Assembly (NCBI GenBank): GCA_048498415.1
Contig: JBEHYA010000002.1
Coordinates: 1-58,103 of the forward strand
Length of the DNA stretch: 58,103 nt
DNA from: Pseudomonadota bacterium
Lineage (GTDB): Bacteria; Pseudomonadota; Alphaproteobacteria; UBA9219; RGZA01
Direction of reading: 5' to 3'
Shown here: positions 8,961 through 21,613 of the stretch, in pieces
Layout: each line of letters opens with the position of its first letter
How positions within the stretch are numbered: position 1 is the stretch's first letter
Program-made: the position numbers and the translations under genes
Notes under the pieces: model-generated
What the model saw: the letters and a program-made list of their open reading frames with translations, nothing else
Told to the model about the DNA's origin: nothing
Databases searched by the model: none

Positions 8961-9887
8961 TTACGACGGGATGATGGGATGATCAATGATCCATTGGCAT
9001 AGATCAGGGAAGCTTGTGCCAGTCGCCTTGGCCTGTTCCGGCACTAATGAGAGCGGCGTGAAGCCTGGCTGGGTATTCAGTTCAAGGAAATAAAGGCCAG
9101 TCGTACCGGGTTTGCTATCATCATACCGCACATCGATACGCGCGACGCCATTGCAGCCAAGCGCTTTGTAACTAACCTCCGCCATGCGCAGGCATTCATT
9201 GAACACATCCTGCGGCACTTTGGCCGGGCAGACGTGCTCGGCGAAGCCATCGGTATATTTGGCGGTGTAATCGTAGAACGTTACCTTGGGCACGATTTCG
9301 GTGACCGTGATCGCCTTGCCGCCCATCAAACCAACCGTGAGCTCACGGCCGGGAATGTAGCGTTCGACCAGCACTTCATTACCGAAGGTCCATTTTTCAT
9401 GGGCGATATCAAAGTTATGGCCTTTGAGGACAATTTGCACGCCGACGCTCGAGCCTTCATTGGGCGGCTTCACCACATAGGGCGCTTCGAACGGGATGCC
9501 GTTTTTTAAAACTTCGTCTTTGCTCAGCACTTTGCCTTCCGCGGTGCGCACGCCGGCGGCTTCCACGATTTTTTTGGCGGATGGCTTATCCATGGCGAGC
9601 GCCGAAGCCAGCACGCCGGAATGCGTATAGGGAATGGCAAGCATTTCCAGAAGGCTTTGAATGCAGCCATCTTCGCCCCAGCGGCCATGCAGGTTGTTTA
9701 AAACCACATCGGGTTTGCCATCATTCATAATGGCTTTGATAAGGGCGGGGATATCGCGCGTGACATCCACGGCATTCACTTGATGCCCACGTTCTTTCAA
9801 CGCCGCGACGATGCCTTTACCGCCGGAAAGCGACACCTCGCGCTCCGACGACCAGCCGCCCATGAGAACCGTGACGCGTTTTGTCAT
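8961..9887 (-). CDS. ddl: D-alanine--D-alanine ligase
   Basis: 308 aa. The N-terminus VTVLMGGWSSEREVSLSGG and the ATP-grasp region (YVVKPPNEGSSVGV, ELNTQPG) are typical of Ddl. Confidence 0.95.
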   Translation of the reverse strand: MTKRVTVLMGGWSSEREVSLSGGKGIVAALKERGHQVNAVDVTRDIPALIKAIMNDGKPDVVLNNLHGRWGEDGCIQSLLEMLAIPYTHSGVLASALAMDKPSAKKIVEAAGVRTAEGKVLSKDEVLKNGIPFEAPYVVKPPNEGSSVGVQIVLKGHNFDIAHEKWTFGNEVLVERYIPGRELTVGLMGGKAITVTEIVPKVTFYDYTAKYTDGFAEHVCPAKVPQDVFNECLRMAEVSYKALGCNGVARIDVRYDDSKPGTTGLYFLELNTQPGFTPLSLVPEQAKATGTSFPDLCQWIIDHPIIPS

Positions 9888-10798
9888 AGCTTTTTTCCAA
9901 TCCGTTTGATTTCCCAGCGCAGTTCAATACCACTCTTGGCTTTCACCTTTGCCCGCACATCTTCGCCTAAATTCTCGATATCCGCAGCGGTGGCGTTGCC
10001 GGTGTTGATAAGAAAATTGCAATGCTGGGCGGAAACCTGCGCGCCGCCGATCTGAAAGCCGCGGCAGCCGGCGGCATCGATGAGCTGCCATGCCTTGTGG
10101 CCCTCAGGATTCGCGAAGGTGGAGCCGCCGGTATAGCTTTTAATCGGCTGCGTTTCGCCGCGCTTGGTCTGGATATTTTCCATCTGCGCCTTGATGGTGG
10201 AGGGATCGCCCGGCTGCAATTGAAAACGCGCGCTTACAAAAATGGCATCTTCCGGCAGGCTGGAATGGCGGTAGGAAAAACCGCATTCGGCGTTTGTGAA
10301 GGTTTTGATTTCGCCCTGCCGTGTCACCACGCGCACATCGACAAGCGCATCTTTAAATTCGCGGCCATAGGCGCCGGCATTCATGCGCACGCCGCCGCCG
10401 ATGCTGCCGGGAATGCCCGACATGAATTCAATGCCCGTCAGGCTATGGGTCAGCGCCGTGCGGGCGGCGATAGCATCCACCACCGCAGCGCCGGCCGTGA
10501 GCACATTATTCGCAACGCTCACCTGCTTGAACGCCTGACCCAGGCGGATCACCACGCCATCAATCCCGCCATCGCGCACGATGGTGTTGGAAGCAAGGCC
10601 CAGCACCGTGACGGGAATACGCGCAGGCAGCTGTTTTAAAAATTCAGCAAGATCATTTTCATCGGCAGGCTGAAACAATACTTCGGCATTGCCGCCGACC
10701 TTGAACCATGTGGTGTTTTTCAAGGGCGCGTTCGTCTGTAGTTCTCCGCGCGTTTTTGGTAATTGGTCGAGCAGCGATGCCATGCGGGGCGCCAACAT
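9884..10798 (-). CDS. murB: UDP-N-acetylenolpyruvoylglucosamine reductase MurB
   Basis: 304 aa with an FAD-binding region (TWFKVGGNAEVLF, GLASNTIVRDGG) and C-terminal GGAQVSAQHCNFLIN. Overlaps ddl by 4 nt (ATGA). An alternative ATG lies at 10783. Confidence 0.93.
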   Translation of the reverse strand: MLAPRMASLLDQLPKTRGELQTNAPLKNTTWFKVGGNAEVLFQPADENDLAEFLKQLPARIPVTVLGLASNTIVRDGGIDGVVIRLGQAFKQVSVANNVLTAGAAVVDAIAARTALTHSLTGIEFMSGIPGSIGGGVRMNAGAYGREFKDALVDVRVVTRQGEIKTFTNAECGFSYRHSSLPEDAIFVSARFQLQPGDPSTIKAQMENIQTKRGETQPIKSYTGGSTFANPEGHKAWQLIDAAGCRGFQIGGAQVSAQHCNFLINTGNATAADIENLGEDVRAKVKAKSGIELRWEIKRIGKKL

Positions 10799-10801
10799 GG
10801 G

Positions 10802-12268
10802 TCAGGCCGACGCTTTTTTGGGCGCGGCTTTGAAAATGGCGGCGAGTTCTTCCGGCAACGTCGCGGCCCACGCGGTAATGTTACCGGCACCCAAGCACAC
10901 CACCATATCGCCCGGCTGCACCAGTTCGGAAACAATCTGCGCGAGTTTGTCGGGGCTGGGCAGCAGATGTACGCCGCGATGGCCGTGTTCGCGAAGCTTA
11001 TCGGCCAGCGCTTCCTTGGTGGCACCCGCAATGGGCTGTTCACCGGCCGCATAGACATCGGCGATGATCACATGGTCGGCATCATTAAAGCATTTGCAGA
11101 ATTCTTCCATCAGGCTGGAAAGACGCGTGTAGCGGTGCGGCTGCACTACGGCAATTGTTTTGCCGTTGTCGCCGCAGGCGGTGCGGGCCGCAGCCAGCAC
11201 GGCGGCGATTTCCACCGGGTGGTGGCCGTAATCGTCGATCACCGTCACGCCATTCGCTTCGCCCGTCTGGGTGAAACGGCGTTTAACGCCGGTAAAGCTG
11301 GTAAGCGCAGCACGCATGGTCTCGTGCGCAATGCCAAGTTCGTTGCCCACGGCAAGCGCAGCCAGCGAGTTCTGCACGTTATGGCGGCCATACATGGGCA
11401 ACTGAATATTTTTAAGCTCGGTTTCCTTGCCCGTCTTGCGGTCGGTGAAGGCGACGTCGTAGCGCGCGCCGAAAGGCCCGGTTTCCACATTCATCGCGCG
11501 CACATCCGCCTGCGCATTGAACCCGTAGGTGATGATGCGGCGGTCGGTGAGGTGCGGGAGCATGGCTTGGACTTCTGGATGGTCCATGCACAAAACGGCA
11601 AAGCCATAGAAGGGAATGTTGGTGATGAACGTCTCGTACGCTTTCTTCACCGCGGCGAAATCGCCGTAAAAATCCATATGCTCGGGATCAATGTTGGTCA
11701 CAATCGCGATGGTGGCGGGCAGTTTGGTGAAGCTGCCATCGGATTCATCGGATTCCACGACCATCCATTCGCCTTCGCCAAGGCGCGCGTTGGTGCCATA
11801 GGCGTTGATGATGCCGCCATTGATGACGGTGGGATCCATGCCGGCTTTTTCTAATAATGTGCCGACCATCGATGTGGTGGTGGTTTTGCCATGCGTGCCG
11901 CCAATCGCAATCGCCCATTTAAGGCGCATCAGTTCGCCCAGCATTTCCGCACGGCGCACGATGGGTAAATGTTTTTCGCGGGCGGCGAGAAGCTCGGGGT
12001 TATCTTTTTTAATCGCGGAAGAAACAACCACCACAGCCGCATCACCCAGATGCTTTGCTTCATGGCCGACAAAAACCTTGATGCCGTTTTTTTGCAACCG
12101 TTTGACGTTATAGCTCTCCGCCTGATCAGTACCCTGCACGGTATAGCCCAGCTGATGCAGCGTCTCGGCGATGCCGCTCATGCCAATGCCGCCGATGCCG
12201 ATGAAATGGATCGGGCCGACGGCCAGGGGAATACGGGTCTTGTTATGGAGCGGTAAAACGGTGTTCAT
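10802..12268 (-). CDS. murC: UDP-N-acetylmuramate--L-alanine ligase MurC
   Basis: 488 aa. [16 protein letters not shown] and [11 protein letters not shown] (Mur ligase P-loop), [10 protein letters not shown]. Confidence 0.96.
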   Translation of the reverse strand: MNTVLPLHNKTRIPLAVGPIHFIGIGGIGMSGIAETLHQLGYTVQGTDQAESYNVKRLQKNGIKVFVGHEAKHLGDAAVVVVSSAIKKDNPELLAAREKHLPIVRRAEMLGELMRLKWAIAIGGTHGKTTTTSMVGTLLEKAGMDPTVINGGIINAYGTNARLGEGEWMVVESDESDGSFTKLPATIAIVTNIDPEHMDFYGDFAAVKKAYETFITNIPFYGFAVLCMDHPEVQAMLPHLTDRRIITYGFNAQADVRAMNVETGPFGARYDVAFTDRKTGKETELKNIQLPMYGRHNVQNSLAALAVGNELGIAHETMRAALTSFTGVKRRFTQTGEANGVTVIDDYGHHPVEIAAVLAAARTACGDNGKTIAVVQPHRYTRLSSLMEEFCKCFNDADHVIIADVYAAGEQPIAGATKEALADKLREHGHRGVHLLPSPDKLAQIVSELVQPGDMVVCLGAGNITAWAATLPEELAAIFKAAPKKASA

Positions 12269-12290
12269 GGCGTCTACTTAAACAGAGAAT

Positions 12291-13454
12291 TTAGGCAGCA
12301 ACGTGGGAATGATTCGTTCCGCTGCCAGTATAGCCATCTTCATTCGTATTGTCTGAAAAATCTATCAAATCACATGCTAAATCCGCGAGTTTCTGCGCGG
12401 CGTCTAACCGGGCCAGCGCCTTGGCCATCGCCGCCGTTTTAACCAGCATGGCGGGATTGAGCATCAATGTCTCAAGTCTTACTGCGAGGGCTTCGGGGGT
12501 GAAGGCCTTTTGTGGGATCACCCAGCCGCCGCCGGCTTCCGCCACACTTTCGGCATTCGCCTGCTGCTCACCCGCAATGGCGTGCGGGTAGGGCACATAA
12601 ATGGCAGGGCGGCCCGCCGCGCACATTTCCGCGACCGTGGAAGCCCCCGACCGGCAGATGGCGAGATGGCAATTCGCCAAACGCTCCGGCACATCGCTAA
12701 AGAATGTGGCGAGTTCCACCTGCACGCCGTGCATGCCATAGGCTTGCTTCACCTGTTCCAAATCCGCTTGCCGGCATTGCTGGCTGATCACCAGACGGCG
12801 GCGCAAATGTTCGGGCAGCAGATTGACGGCCTTGGGCATCACATCGCTGAACACGGTAGCGCCCAGGCTGCCGCCCATGATGAGGAGGCGAATGGGCGCG
12901 TTATCACCCACGCTTGGATAGGCTTGCTCATGCAACGCGCAAATGGTGGGGCGGACGGGATTGCCGGTAAGGCTCACCCGCGTTTTGGTGGATTCCAGGC
13001 CTTTTACATAGGGAAATGACGTCGCAATCAGCCGCGCGGTGTGGGCCAGAATTTTATTGGCCCGGCCCAGCACGGCATTTTGATCGTGCAGGATAATGGG
13101 AACGTTTAAACGCGAGGCCGCGAACACGGTTGGCACCGAAGGGTAGCCGCCAAAGCCAACCACCAATGCCGGCTTGGTGCGGGCGATGTGGGCGTAAGCT
13201 TCCGCCGTGCCCCATAACATATTGAGCGCGCCAATGGTTTTGCTGATGAAGGAACCGCCCAGCGATTTGGCGTGAATGCGGGTAACCGGCACATCGCCAA
13301 GCTCGGCACTGAATTTGCCGCCGCGTTGATCAGTGACCAGCATAACGCGAAGCCCGCGCTTGATGAGTTCGCGCGCCAGCGCTTCAGCGGGAAAAATATG
13401 CCCGCCGGTGCCGCCTGCGGCTAAAAGAACAAGTGGTTTTGATCCGCTCATCAT
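12291..13454 (-). CDS. murG: Undecaprenyl-PP-MurNAc-pentapeptide GlcNAc transferase MurG
   Basis: 387 aa. LLAAGGTGGHIFPAEALA and ICRSGASTVAEMCAAGRPAIYVP. There is a C-terminal tail of about 30 aa beyond the usual fold. Confidence 0.95.
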   Translation of the reverse strand: MMSGSKPLVLLAAGGTGGHIFPAEALARELIKRGLRVMLVTDQRGGKFSAELGDVPVTRIHAKSLGGSFISKTIGALNMLWGTAEAYAHIARTKPALVVGFGGYPSVPTVFAASRLNVPIILHDQNAVLGRANKILAHTARLIATSFPYVKGLESTKTRVSLTGNPVRPTICALHEQAYPSVGDNAPIRLLIMGGSLGATVFSDVMPKAVNLLPEHLRRRLVISQQCRQADLEQVKQAYGMHGVQVELATFFSDVPERLANCHLAICRSGASTVAEMCAAGRPAIYVPYPHAIAGEQQANAESVAEAGGGWVIPQKAFTPEALAVRLETLMLNPAMLVKTAAMAKALARLDAAQKLADLACDLIDFSDNTNEDGYTGSGTNHSHVAA

Positions 13455-13464
13455 AAATCAGCTG

Positions 13465-14582
13465 TTACAAATTCTGGCCGTAATGCTTGCGCGTAAGCGC
13501 CAGCAACATGCCCGCTGAAAAAGATAATGCCAAAAGCGATGAACCGCCATAGGAAATGAATGGCAGAGTCATGCCCTTGGTGGGAAGGATATGCAGGCTG
13601 GAGCCCATATTGATGATGGCCTGCAAACCGAATTCGACCAGCAGGCCGGCGACCGCCAGCACGATGAACAGATTGTTTTCGCCGCGCACGCGCCATAGGC
13701 CGCGCAACACGATGAAGGCGAAGATGCACACAATAAACACGCAGGTGATGAGCCCAAATTCTTCGCCCGCAACCGAGAAGATAAAATCGGCATGCGCATC
13801 GGGGAGGGATAGCTTCACCTGACCTTCGCCGGGGCCTACGCCCGTCCATCCGCCGGCCTGGAAGGCTTCGATGGATTTATCAATCTGATAGGTATCGTTT
13901 GAGTCCGGGTGCAGGAAGGTCTCGATGCGTTTGTGGAAATGGGGGAGCAATAAATACGCGCCGCCCAACCCGAACAGGCCAAGCCCGCCAAGCCCCGCCA
14001 TCAGCCAGATGGAAACGCCGGAGAGTAAAAGCTGCGCCGCGAACACGCAGGAGAGCAGCACCGTCATGCCCATATCGGGCTGCATGATGAGCAGGGTGAC
14101 GGCCACGCCATAGGTGCCTAAAGCCACCCAATGGCCCGGAAAATTGGGGATTTCTGTGTGGCGGGAGAGCAGGCGCGCACAGAGAATGGTGAAGCAGGGC
14201 TTTAAAAATTCAGACGGCTGAATGGAAAAGCCCAGCAAATGAATCCACCGCCGCGCGCCTTTGATTTCTACGCCCACAAAATAGGTGGCGAACACCGCCA
14301 TCACGGCCAGAATAAAAACAATGAATGCAAACACGCGCACCTGATTAGGCGGCATGAGGGAGATGGCAACCATAATCAGAATAGCCGGCACCAGCCACAT
14401 CAGATGGCGCCAGACGAAATACATGCTGTCTTCGTTCAAGTGCAGCGCCACCGGCGGGCTGGCGGCCTGAATGAGCAGCACGCCCACTACCATCAATATG
14501 GCAATGGCGCCGAGCGTCCAATGGTCTACCGTCCACCACCAGCGGCCAAGCAGCGATCGGTCGGAACGGGCAATAGGTGGCA

Positions 14583-14583
<1 letters not shown>
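13465..14583 (-). CDS. ftsW: Peptidoglycan glycosyltransferase FtsW (SEDS family)
   Basis: 372-aa polytopic membrane protein with SEDS motifs (IQPSEFLKP, HADFIFSVAGEEFG, TKGMTLPFISYGGSS). dcw position. Confidence 0.94.
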
Positions 14584-15950
<1,367 letters not shown>

Positions 15951-15954
15951 GGTT

Positions 15955-17040
15955 TTACCGGAGTTTGAGGGTGGAAAGACCGATGAGGGCGAAAATGAAG
16001 GCTAAAATCCAGAAACGGATCACCACCGTGCTCTCCGACCAGCCCTTTTTTTCAAAATGATGATGCAGCGGCGCCATGAGGAACACGCGTTTGCCCGTGA
16101 GCTTGAAGGACGCGACCTGGATCATCACTGACAGCGTCTCCATCACAAATAAACCGCCGATAATGGCGAGCACAATTTCGTGTTTGGTGATTACCGCCAT
16201 ACTGCCAATGGCGCCGCCCAGCGAAAGGGAACCGGTATCGCCCATAAACACGGCGGCGGGTGGTGCGTTGTACCACAGGAAGCCGAGACAAGCGCCCACA
16301 AGCGCGCCGCACAGCACGGCAAGCTCACCTGCCTGCGCGATATGGTGGATGTTGAGATAATTAGCGAACACCAGATTGCCAGCCAGATACGAGATAATGC
16401 CGAAGCTGATGGCGGCGAGAATAACCGGCACGGTGGCAAGGCCATCCAGCCCATCGGTCAGATTTACGGCATTGGCGGCGCCCACAATCACCAGCACGGC
16501 AAAGACATAATAGAACAAACCAAAATCCAGCAGCACGTCTTTGAAGAAAGGCACGGCAAGATGGTTGGCAAGGCCAGGCGAAGAGAGATGCGCAACCGCC
16601 ACCGCGGCGGTTAGCGAGATAACGGTTTGCACCGCCAGCCGCACTTTACCCGATACGCCATCCGTATTGCGTTTGGTGAGCTTGAGATAATCGTCAAAAA
16701 AGCCGATCAGGCCGAAACCAAGCGTGACCAGCAGCACGATCCATACATACGGATTGGTAAGGTCGGCCCACAGCAGTGCGCTGATGAAAAAAGATAGCAG
16801 GATGATCAGCCCGCCCATGGTGGGCGTGCCTTTTTTAGCCTGGTGGGTTTCCGGCCCGACAGCGCGGATGGGCTGGCCTTCGCCCTGCTTGCTTTTCAGC
16901 CAGCGAATGATTTTGGGGCCAAGCCAGAAGGCCAGCAAAAGCGTGGTGAGAATAGCGCCGCCGGTGCGGAACGTGATGTACCGGAACAGGTTGAACAGCA
17001 CGAAGTCTTTGCCGAGGGGGGAGAGAAGCAGATACAGCAT
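15955..17040 (-). CDS. mraY: Phospho-N-acetylmuramoyl-pentapeptide transferase MraY
   Basis: 361 aa, polytopic. [34 protein letters not shown]. Confidence 0.96.
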   Translation of the reverse strand: MLYLLLSPLGKDFVLFNLFRYITFRTGGAILTTLLLAFWLGPKIIRWLKSKQGEGQPIRAVGPETHQAKKGTPTMGGLIILLSFFISALLWADLTNPYVWIVLLVTLGFGLIGFFDDYLKLTKRNTDGVSGKVRLAVQTVISLTAAVAVAHLSSPGLANHLAVPFFKDVLLDFGLFYYVFAVLVIVGAANAVNLTDGLDGLATVPVILAAISFGIISYLAGNLVFANYLNIHHIAQAGELAVLCGALVGACLGFLWYNAPPAAVFMGDTGSLSLGGAIGSMAVITKHEIVLAIIGGLFVMETLSVMIQVASFKLTGKRVFLMAPLHHHFEKKGWSESTVVIRFWILAFIFALIGLSTLKLR

Positions 17041-18432
17041 TTAGCCCGCCGATGTTTTCTTGACTGGTTGATTGGTATTCTGCTGCGCCAGCGCAGCCAC
17101 AACTTTTTCCATCGCCATGCTGTGCGAGCCTTTGATGGTGATGATATCGCCGGGTCGAATGGCGGCGCTGATGATCGGCGCCAATAAATCGCTGGTGGGC
17201 GCATAGCCGCCCTGCAGCTTGGCGGGCAGGGCATCAAACAAATGCTTCATGATCTCGCCGCAGCAAAAAACCTGATCAATCTGCGCGGCCTGAATGGCGG
17301 GGGCGAGCCCTACATGAAAATCGCGCGCCTGATGGCCAAGCTCTTTCATATCGGCAATCGCCAGCAGCCGTCGACCACCCGGGCCGGGTTTTTTACCAGC
17401 CAGCACCTTGATCGCCATTTCCATGCTGATGGGGCTGGCGTTGTAGCTTTCATCGATAATCGTGAACGCGCCTTCATGCACGCCGCCGCGGCCCGTCGCG
17501 AGTTTAAGCTGGCCGAGGGTTTCGGCGGCTTTGGCTACATCAGCGCCCGCAATGCCAGCGGTAAGCAGCACGGCCAGCGAGTTCATGACCCAGTGTTCCC
17601 CCGGCTGGCCTACCTTATATATATAGGTGCGGCCCAGAATGCTGGCTTTGACCTCGCTGCCATCGGCAGAGAGGGTAAAACCTTCTAATTTCGCGTCTTT
17701 GCCGGCTTTACCGAAGGAAACCACGTTGGCTTTGGTGCGGGCCTTCAAAAACTCAAAATAACTGTTATCGGCGTTCAGCACGGCATGCCCGCCGGGCTCC
17801 AGGCCTTCAAAAATTTCGGCTTTGGCGGCGGCGATTTCATCCAGATCGCGGAAATTGCCGATATGCACCGGCGCGATATTGGTGATGAGCGCAATATGCG
17901 GGCGCACTTGTCGTGACAGGGGCCCAAGCTCACCCGTATGGTTCATGCCGATTTCAAATACGCCATAGCGGCTATCACGGGCCATGCGTGCAAGGCTTGT
18001 GGGCACGCCCCAGTGATTGTTGAAGCTGCCAACGTTCGCATAAGTGGGCGCTTGCACTTCCAGAACCTGCCGCAGCGCTTCCTTGTGGCCGGTTTTGCCG
18101 ACCGAGCCTGTGACGGCAATCACCTTGCCGTGCATGCGCGCGCGTGATGCGATGCCTAACATTTCGAGGGCTTTATAGGTATCCGCGACCACCACCTGTT
18201 TTTCCGGGGCGATGCCTTCCACCAGATGATCCACCATCACGCCCGGCGCGCCTTGTTCCACGGCGCTTTTCACGAAGTCATGCGCGTTGAACTGCGGGCC
18301 TTTGAGGGCGACGAAGAACTGACCGGGTTTGATATCGCGGCTGTTAATTGAAATGCCGGTGGCTTCCCATGCGCCGGTTGTTTTGCCGTTGGTGGCGGAT
18401 GCTACTTCTTGTGCGGTCCATAACGCGCTCAT
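17041..18432 (-). CDS. murF: UDP-MurNAc-tripeptide--D-alanyl-D-alanine ligase MurF
   Basis: 463 aa. VTGSVGKTGHKE P-loop and IDESYNASP. Directly abuts mraY. Confidence 0.94.
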   Translation of the reverse strand: MSALWTAQEVASATNGKTTGAWEATGISINSRDIKPGQFFVALKGPQFNAHDFVKSAVEQGAPGVMVDHLVEGIAPEKQVVVADTYKALEMLGIASRARMHGKVIAVTGSVGKTGHKEALRQVLEVQAPTYANVGSFNNHWGVPTSLARMARDSRYGVFEIGMNHTGELGPLSRQVRPHIALITNIAPVHIGNFRDLDEIAAAKAEIFEGLEPGGHAVLNADNSYFEFLKARTKANVVSFGKAGKDAKLEGFTLSADGSEVKASILGRTYIYKVGQPGEHWVMNSLAVLLTAGIAGADVAKAAETLGQLKLATGRGGVHEGAFTIIDESYNASPISMEMAIKVLAGKKPGPGGRRLLAIADMKELGHQARDFHVGLAPAIQAAQIDQVFCCGEIMKHLFDALPAKLQGGYAPTSDLLAPIISAAIRPGDIITIKGSHSMAMEKVVAALAQQNTNQPVKKTSAG

Positions 18433-19871
18433 GCCGCCAGCCCCTGCATTTTGCTGCGGGCAACTTCCACATCGTCAAACGGCACCGTCTGGCCCTGAAT
18501 GATCTGGCCGGTCTCGTGGCCTTTGCCGGCAATCACCAGCACGTCGCCGTTTTTCATCATTTCAAGACCGGCGGCAATCGCTTTAGTCCGGTCGCCGATT
18601 TCCGTAGCGCCGGGGCAGCCTTCTAAAACGGCTTTACGGATTGATGCTGGGTCTTCAAAACGCGGATTATCGTCCGTCACGATCACCACATCCGCCAGCC
18701 GCTGCGCAATCTCGCCCATAATCGGGCGTTTGCCGGTATCGCGGTTGCCGCCGCAGCCGAAGACCACGATTAAACGGTTGGTGGTGTGGGGGCGAAGGGC
18801 TTTCAACACATTTTCCAGCGCATCGGGCTTGTGCGCGTAATCAACATACACGGTGCCATCCTTATGGCTGCCCACCCGTTCCAGCCGCCCGCGCACACCA
18901 ACCAGACGCGGCATGTTATTGATGGTGGCCTGCACATCTTCGCCGCTGGCAATCGCGATCGAGGCGGCGCAGAGAATATTCGCCGACTGAAATGCGCCGA
19001 CCAGATTGATTTGTGACGTGTATGTTTTGCCAAACGCGGAAAGCGTGATGTTCTGGCCGCCGGCGGCGTATTCTTTTTTGGTAATCCGAATATCGGCCTG
19101 GCCTTCGCCGAACGAAATCACCTTGATGCCGCGGCGGATGGCGACGGCTGCAATATGATCAAATTCCGGAATATCGCGGTTGATCACCGCCGTGCCGGTA
19201 GCTGGCAAAACTTCGCCGAATAAACGCAGTTTGGCGTTTAAATAGGCTTCCATGGTCTGGTGATAATCCAGATGCTCGCGGCTGAAGTTGGTGAAGGCGG
19301 CGTATTTTAAATTGACGCCATCCAGCCGGTATTGATCGAGGCCGTGGCTTGAGGCCTCCATCGCCACATGGGTGATTTTTTTCTCGGTGGCCAGCATATC
19401 AAGGTCTTGATGCAGGCTTACGCAGTCCGGCGTGGTAAGGGAACCATAACGCTCGATATCATTGCCGATAATGCCAAGCGTGCCGATGCTCGCCGCGCGT
19501 TTCCCTGCCAGCTGCCAGAACTGGCGCGTGAACTGCACGGTGGATGTTTTGCCGCTGGTGCCCGTCACCGCCGCGATATGTTCCGGCTGATGCGGATAAA
19601 ACCTTGCCGATATGCGCGCGAAAAGCTGACGGGGTTCAGCGGCCAGCGCCACGCTGACATTGCCGGAAACATTTGTATTGAGTGGCGCAACAATCGCCAC
19701 GGCGCCGCTTTGAATGGCTTGTTCGATATACGAAATTCCATCGCCCGTATGGCCGGGGAGAGCGGCAAACAGCTGGCCGGGTTTCACGTTGCGGGAATCC
19801 CGGGCAAGGCCCGTGATTTCAACATCCGCGCCCGTGAACGGCGCACCACCAAGAAGCTGGGAAAAACGCAT
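18429..19871 (-). CDS. murE: UDP-MurNAc-L-Ala-D-Glu--2,6-diaminopimelate ligase MurE
   Basis: 480 aa. VTGTSGKTST, VDYAHKPDAL, GCGGNRDTGKRP (DAP-type DNPR-like: TDDNPR). 4-nt overlap with murF. Confidence 0.95.
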   Translation of the reverse strand: MRFSQLLGGAPFTGADVEITGLARDSRNVKPGQLFAALPGHTGDGISYIEQAIQSGAVAIVAPLNTNVSGNVSVALAAEPRQLFARISARFYPHQPEHIAAVTGTSGKTSTVQFTRQFWQLAGKRAASIGTLGIIGNDIERYGSLTTPDCVSLHQDLDMLATEKKITHVAMEASSHGLDQYRLDGVNLKYAAFTNFSREHLDYHQTMEAYLNAKLRLFGEVLPATGTAVINRDIPEFDHIAAVAIRRGIKVISFGEGQADIRITKKEYAAGGQNITLSAFGKTYTSQINLVGAFQSANILCAASIAIASGEDVQATINNMPRLVGVRGRLERVGSHKDGTVYVDYAHKPDALENVLKALRPHTTNRLIVVFGCGGNRDTGKRPIMGEIAQRLADVVIVTDDNPRFEDPASIRKAVLEGCPGATEIGDRTKAIAAGLEMMKNGDVLVIAGKGHETGQIIQGQTVPFDDVEVARSKMQGLAA

Positions 19872-19891
19872 GGAACAAAAAACCTATCGCA

Positions 19892-21613
19892 TTACTTTGT
19901 GCTTATCGCTACCGGCAGGCGTAATTTTTCCAGCACGGCGGGATCGTTCGGATCCACCGGTTTAACATGCAGTAATGGCGAAGCTTGGGCAATAACCCGG
20001 GCGATGGCCGGCGCTGCCGTCCAGCCGCCAGTGGCGTAACCGCCGGTTTCCTTTAATCCTTTAGGTTCATCAATCATGATGAGAATCAGGTACTTGGGGT
20101 CCTGCAGCGGATAGGCGGCGGTGAACGAGGAAAGGCGGGCGTTCAAATGATAGCCGTGGCCGGCGTTTTTATCGGCCGTGCCGGTCTTGCCGCCCACCAT
20201 GTAACCCGGCACATCCGCCGATTTACCGGTGCCGTCGGTGACCACCACGCGGAACAACTGGCGCATCTGTTCCATGGTGCGGCGGGAGATGATCTGGGGG
20301 CCAAGCGGCGGCGGCGTATCCAGCTTCATTAAAGTGGGCGTGACCAGATGCCCGGCCATGATGCTGGCGACCGCGCTGGTCAGTTGCACGGCGTTCACGG
20401 CGATGCCGTGGCCATAGGCAATCGTCATCATGGTGAGCGGGCGCCATTCGCTGGGTAAAATAGGCGCGCCGACTTCCGAGATTTCCAGCGGGGCTTTATC
20501 AAGAAGGCCGAGTTTTTTCAGGAATTCCTTCTGCGCTTCGGGGCCGACGCGCTCGATGATTTGCGCGGCGCCGATATTGGAAGATTCCAGGAAAATTTCC
20601 GGCACATTCAGCCAGCGGTTGGCGGGGTGGAAGTCGTGGATGGTGAACTTGCCGACCTTGAGCGGGTGCGTGCAGTTAAACCGCTCGCCCAGGGTGATAT
20701 TCCCGCGATCCAGCGCCTGCGCAATCGCGAAGGTTTTGAAGGTTGAGCCCATTTCATACATGCCAAGCGTGGCGCGGTTGAAAATCTGGGTATCGGCGGC
20801 CTTGCCGGCGTTGGCAGGATCAAAATCGGGCAGGGAGACCAGCGAGAGTACTTCGCCGGTGCGAATATCCATCATCACGCCGGCGCCGCCGATGGCGCTG
20901 AATTTGGCCATGGTATCGGCAATCGCATCGTGCATGATGGCCTGCAGGCGCAGGTCTATCGCAAGGCTTAAGGGTTCGGTGCCGGCTTTTAGTTTGTCGT
21001 TAAACGTATGCTCGATCCCGGCAATGCCTTCGTGGTCGATGTTGTTGTAGCCAATAATGTGCGCGGTGAGCGAACCCTTGGGGTAAAAACGCTGGGCTTC
21101 CGTTTCAAAATTGATGCCGGGCAGGCCAAGGCGGTTGACGGCGTCCTGCTGCTTTGGCGATAAATTGCGCTTGACCCACACAAAGCGTTTGCCGGAATGG
21201 AAATCTTTGGAGAGCGCTTCGGTATCCAGATCGGGGAAAACGGTTTTGAGTTTCTGTAAGGTTTCTTTTTCGCTTAAGATAAGCGCGGGATCGGCGGAGA
21301 GGGAGGCGACCTGCAGGGAGGTCGCCAGCAATTCGCCATTACGATCCTGGATATCGGCGCGCGCGACCATGGGTGCGGCCGCCGGGGCTTTGGGCTTGTC
21401 ACTGCCGCCGCCCAGCACCATCACATCGAACAAACGCCCGATAATAATGAGGAAAACGAGGCAAAATAAAAAGGCGACGAAGCTTAAACGCTTGCGTGCC
21501 TTTTCTAATATTGGAAATGCGGCGGGGGATGGCGCGTAACGCGCGGAAGCGCCAAAGCCTGAATTGTAGCGGGCGTTAGAAGAACCTGGCGGAGAAAACC
21601 ATTCGCCGCTCAT
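19892..21613 (-). CDS. ftsI: Peptidoglycan D,D-transpeptidase FtsI (PBP3)
   Basis: 573 aa with an N-terminal TM. Transpeptidase motifs: STFK (YEMGSTFKTF), SSN (ESSNIG), KTG (GGKTGTA). Confidence 0.95.
   Translation of the reverse strand: MSGEWFSPPGSSNARYNSGFGASARYAPSPAAFPILEKARKRLSFVAFLFCLVFLIIIGRLFDVMVLGGGSDKPKAPAAAPMVARADIQDRNGELLATSLQVASLSADPALILSEKETLQKLKTVFPDLDTEALSKDFHSGKRFVWVKRNLSPKQQDAVNRLGLPGINFETEAQRFYPKGSLTAHIIGYNNIDHEGIAGIEHTFNDKLKAGTEPLSLAIDLRLQAIMHDAIADTMAKFSAIGGAGVMMDIRTGEVLSLVSLPDFDPANAGKAADTQIFNRATLGMYEMGSTFKTFAIAQALDRGNITLGERFNCTHPLKVGKFTIHDFHPANRWLNVPEIFLESSNIGAAQIIERVGPEAQKEFLKKLGLLDKAPLEISEVGAPILPSEWRPLTMMTIAYGHGIAVNAVQLTSAVASIMAGHLVTPTLMKLDTPPPLGPQIISRRTMEQMRQLFRVVVTDGTGKSADVPGYMVGGKTGTADKNAGHGYHLNARLSSFTAAYPLQDPKYLILIMIDEPKGLKETGGYATGGWTAAPAIARVIAQASPLLHVKPVDPNDPAVLEKLRLPVAISTK

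Noticed and set aside
10763-11854. 363-aa plus-strand ORF antisense to murC, with similar antisense ORFs across murB, murD, murE, ftsI and others
   Set aside because: Shadow ORFs opposite well-supported Mur ligase genes, with biased G/A/R/H composition.
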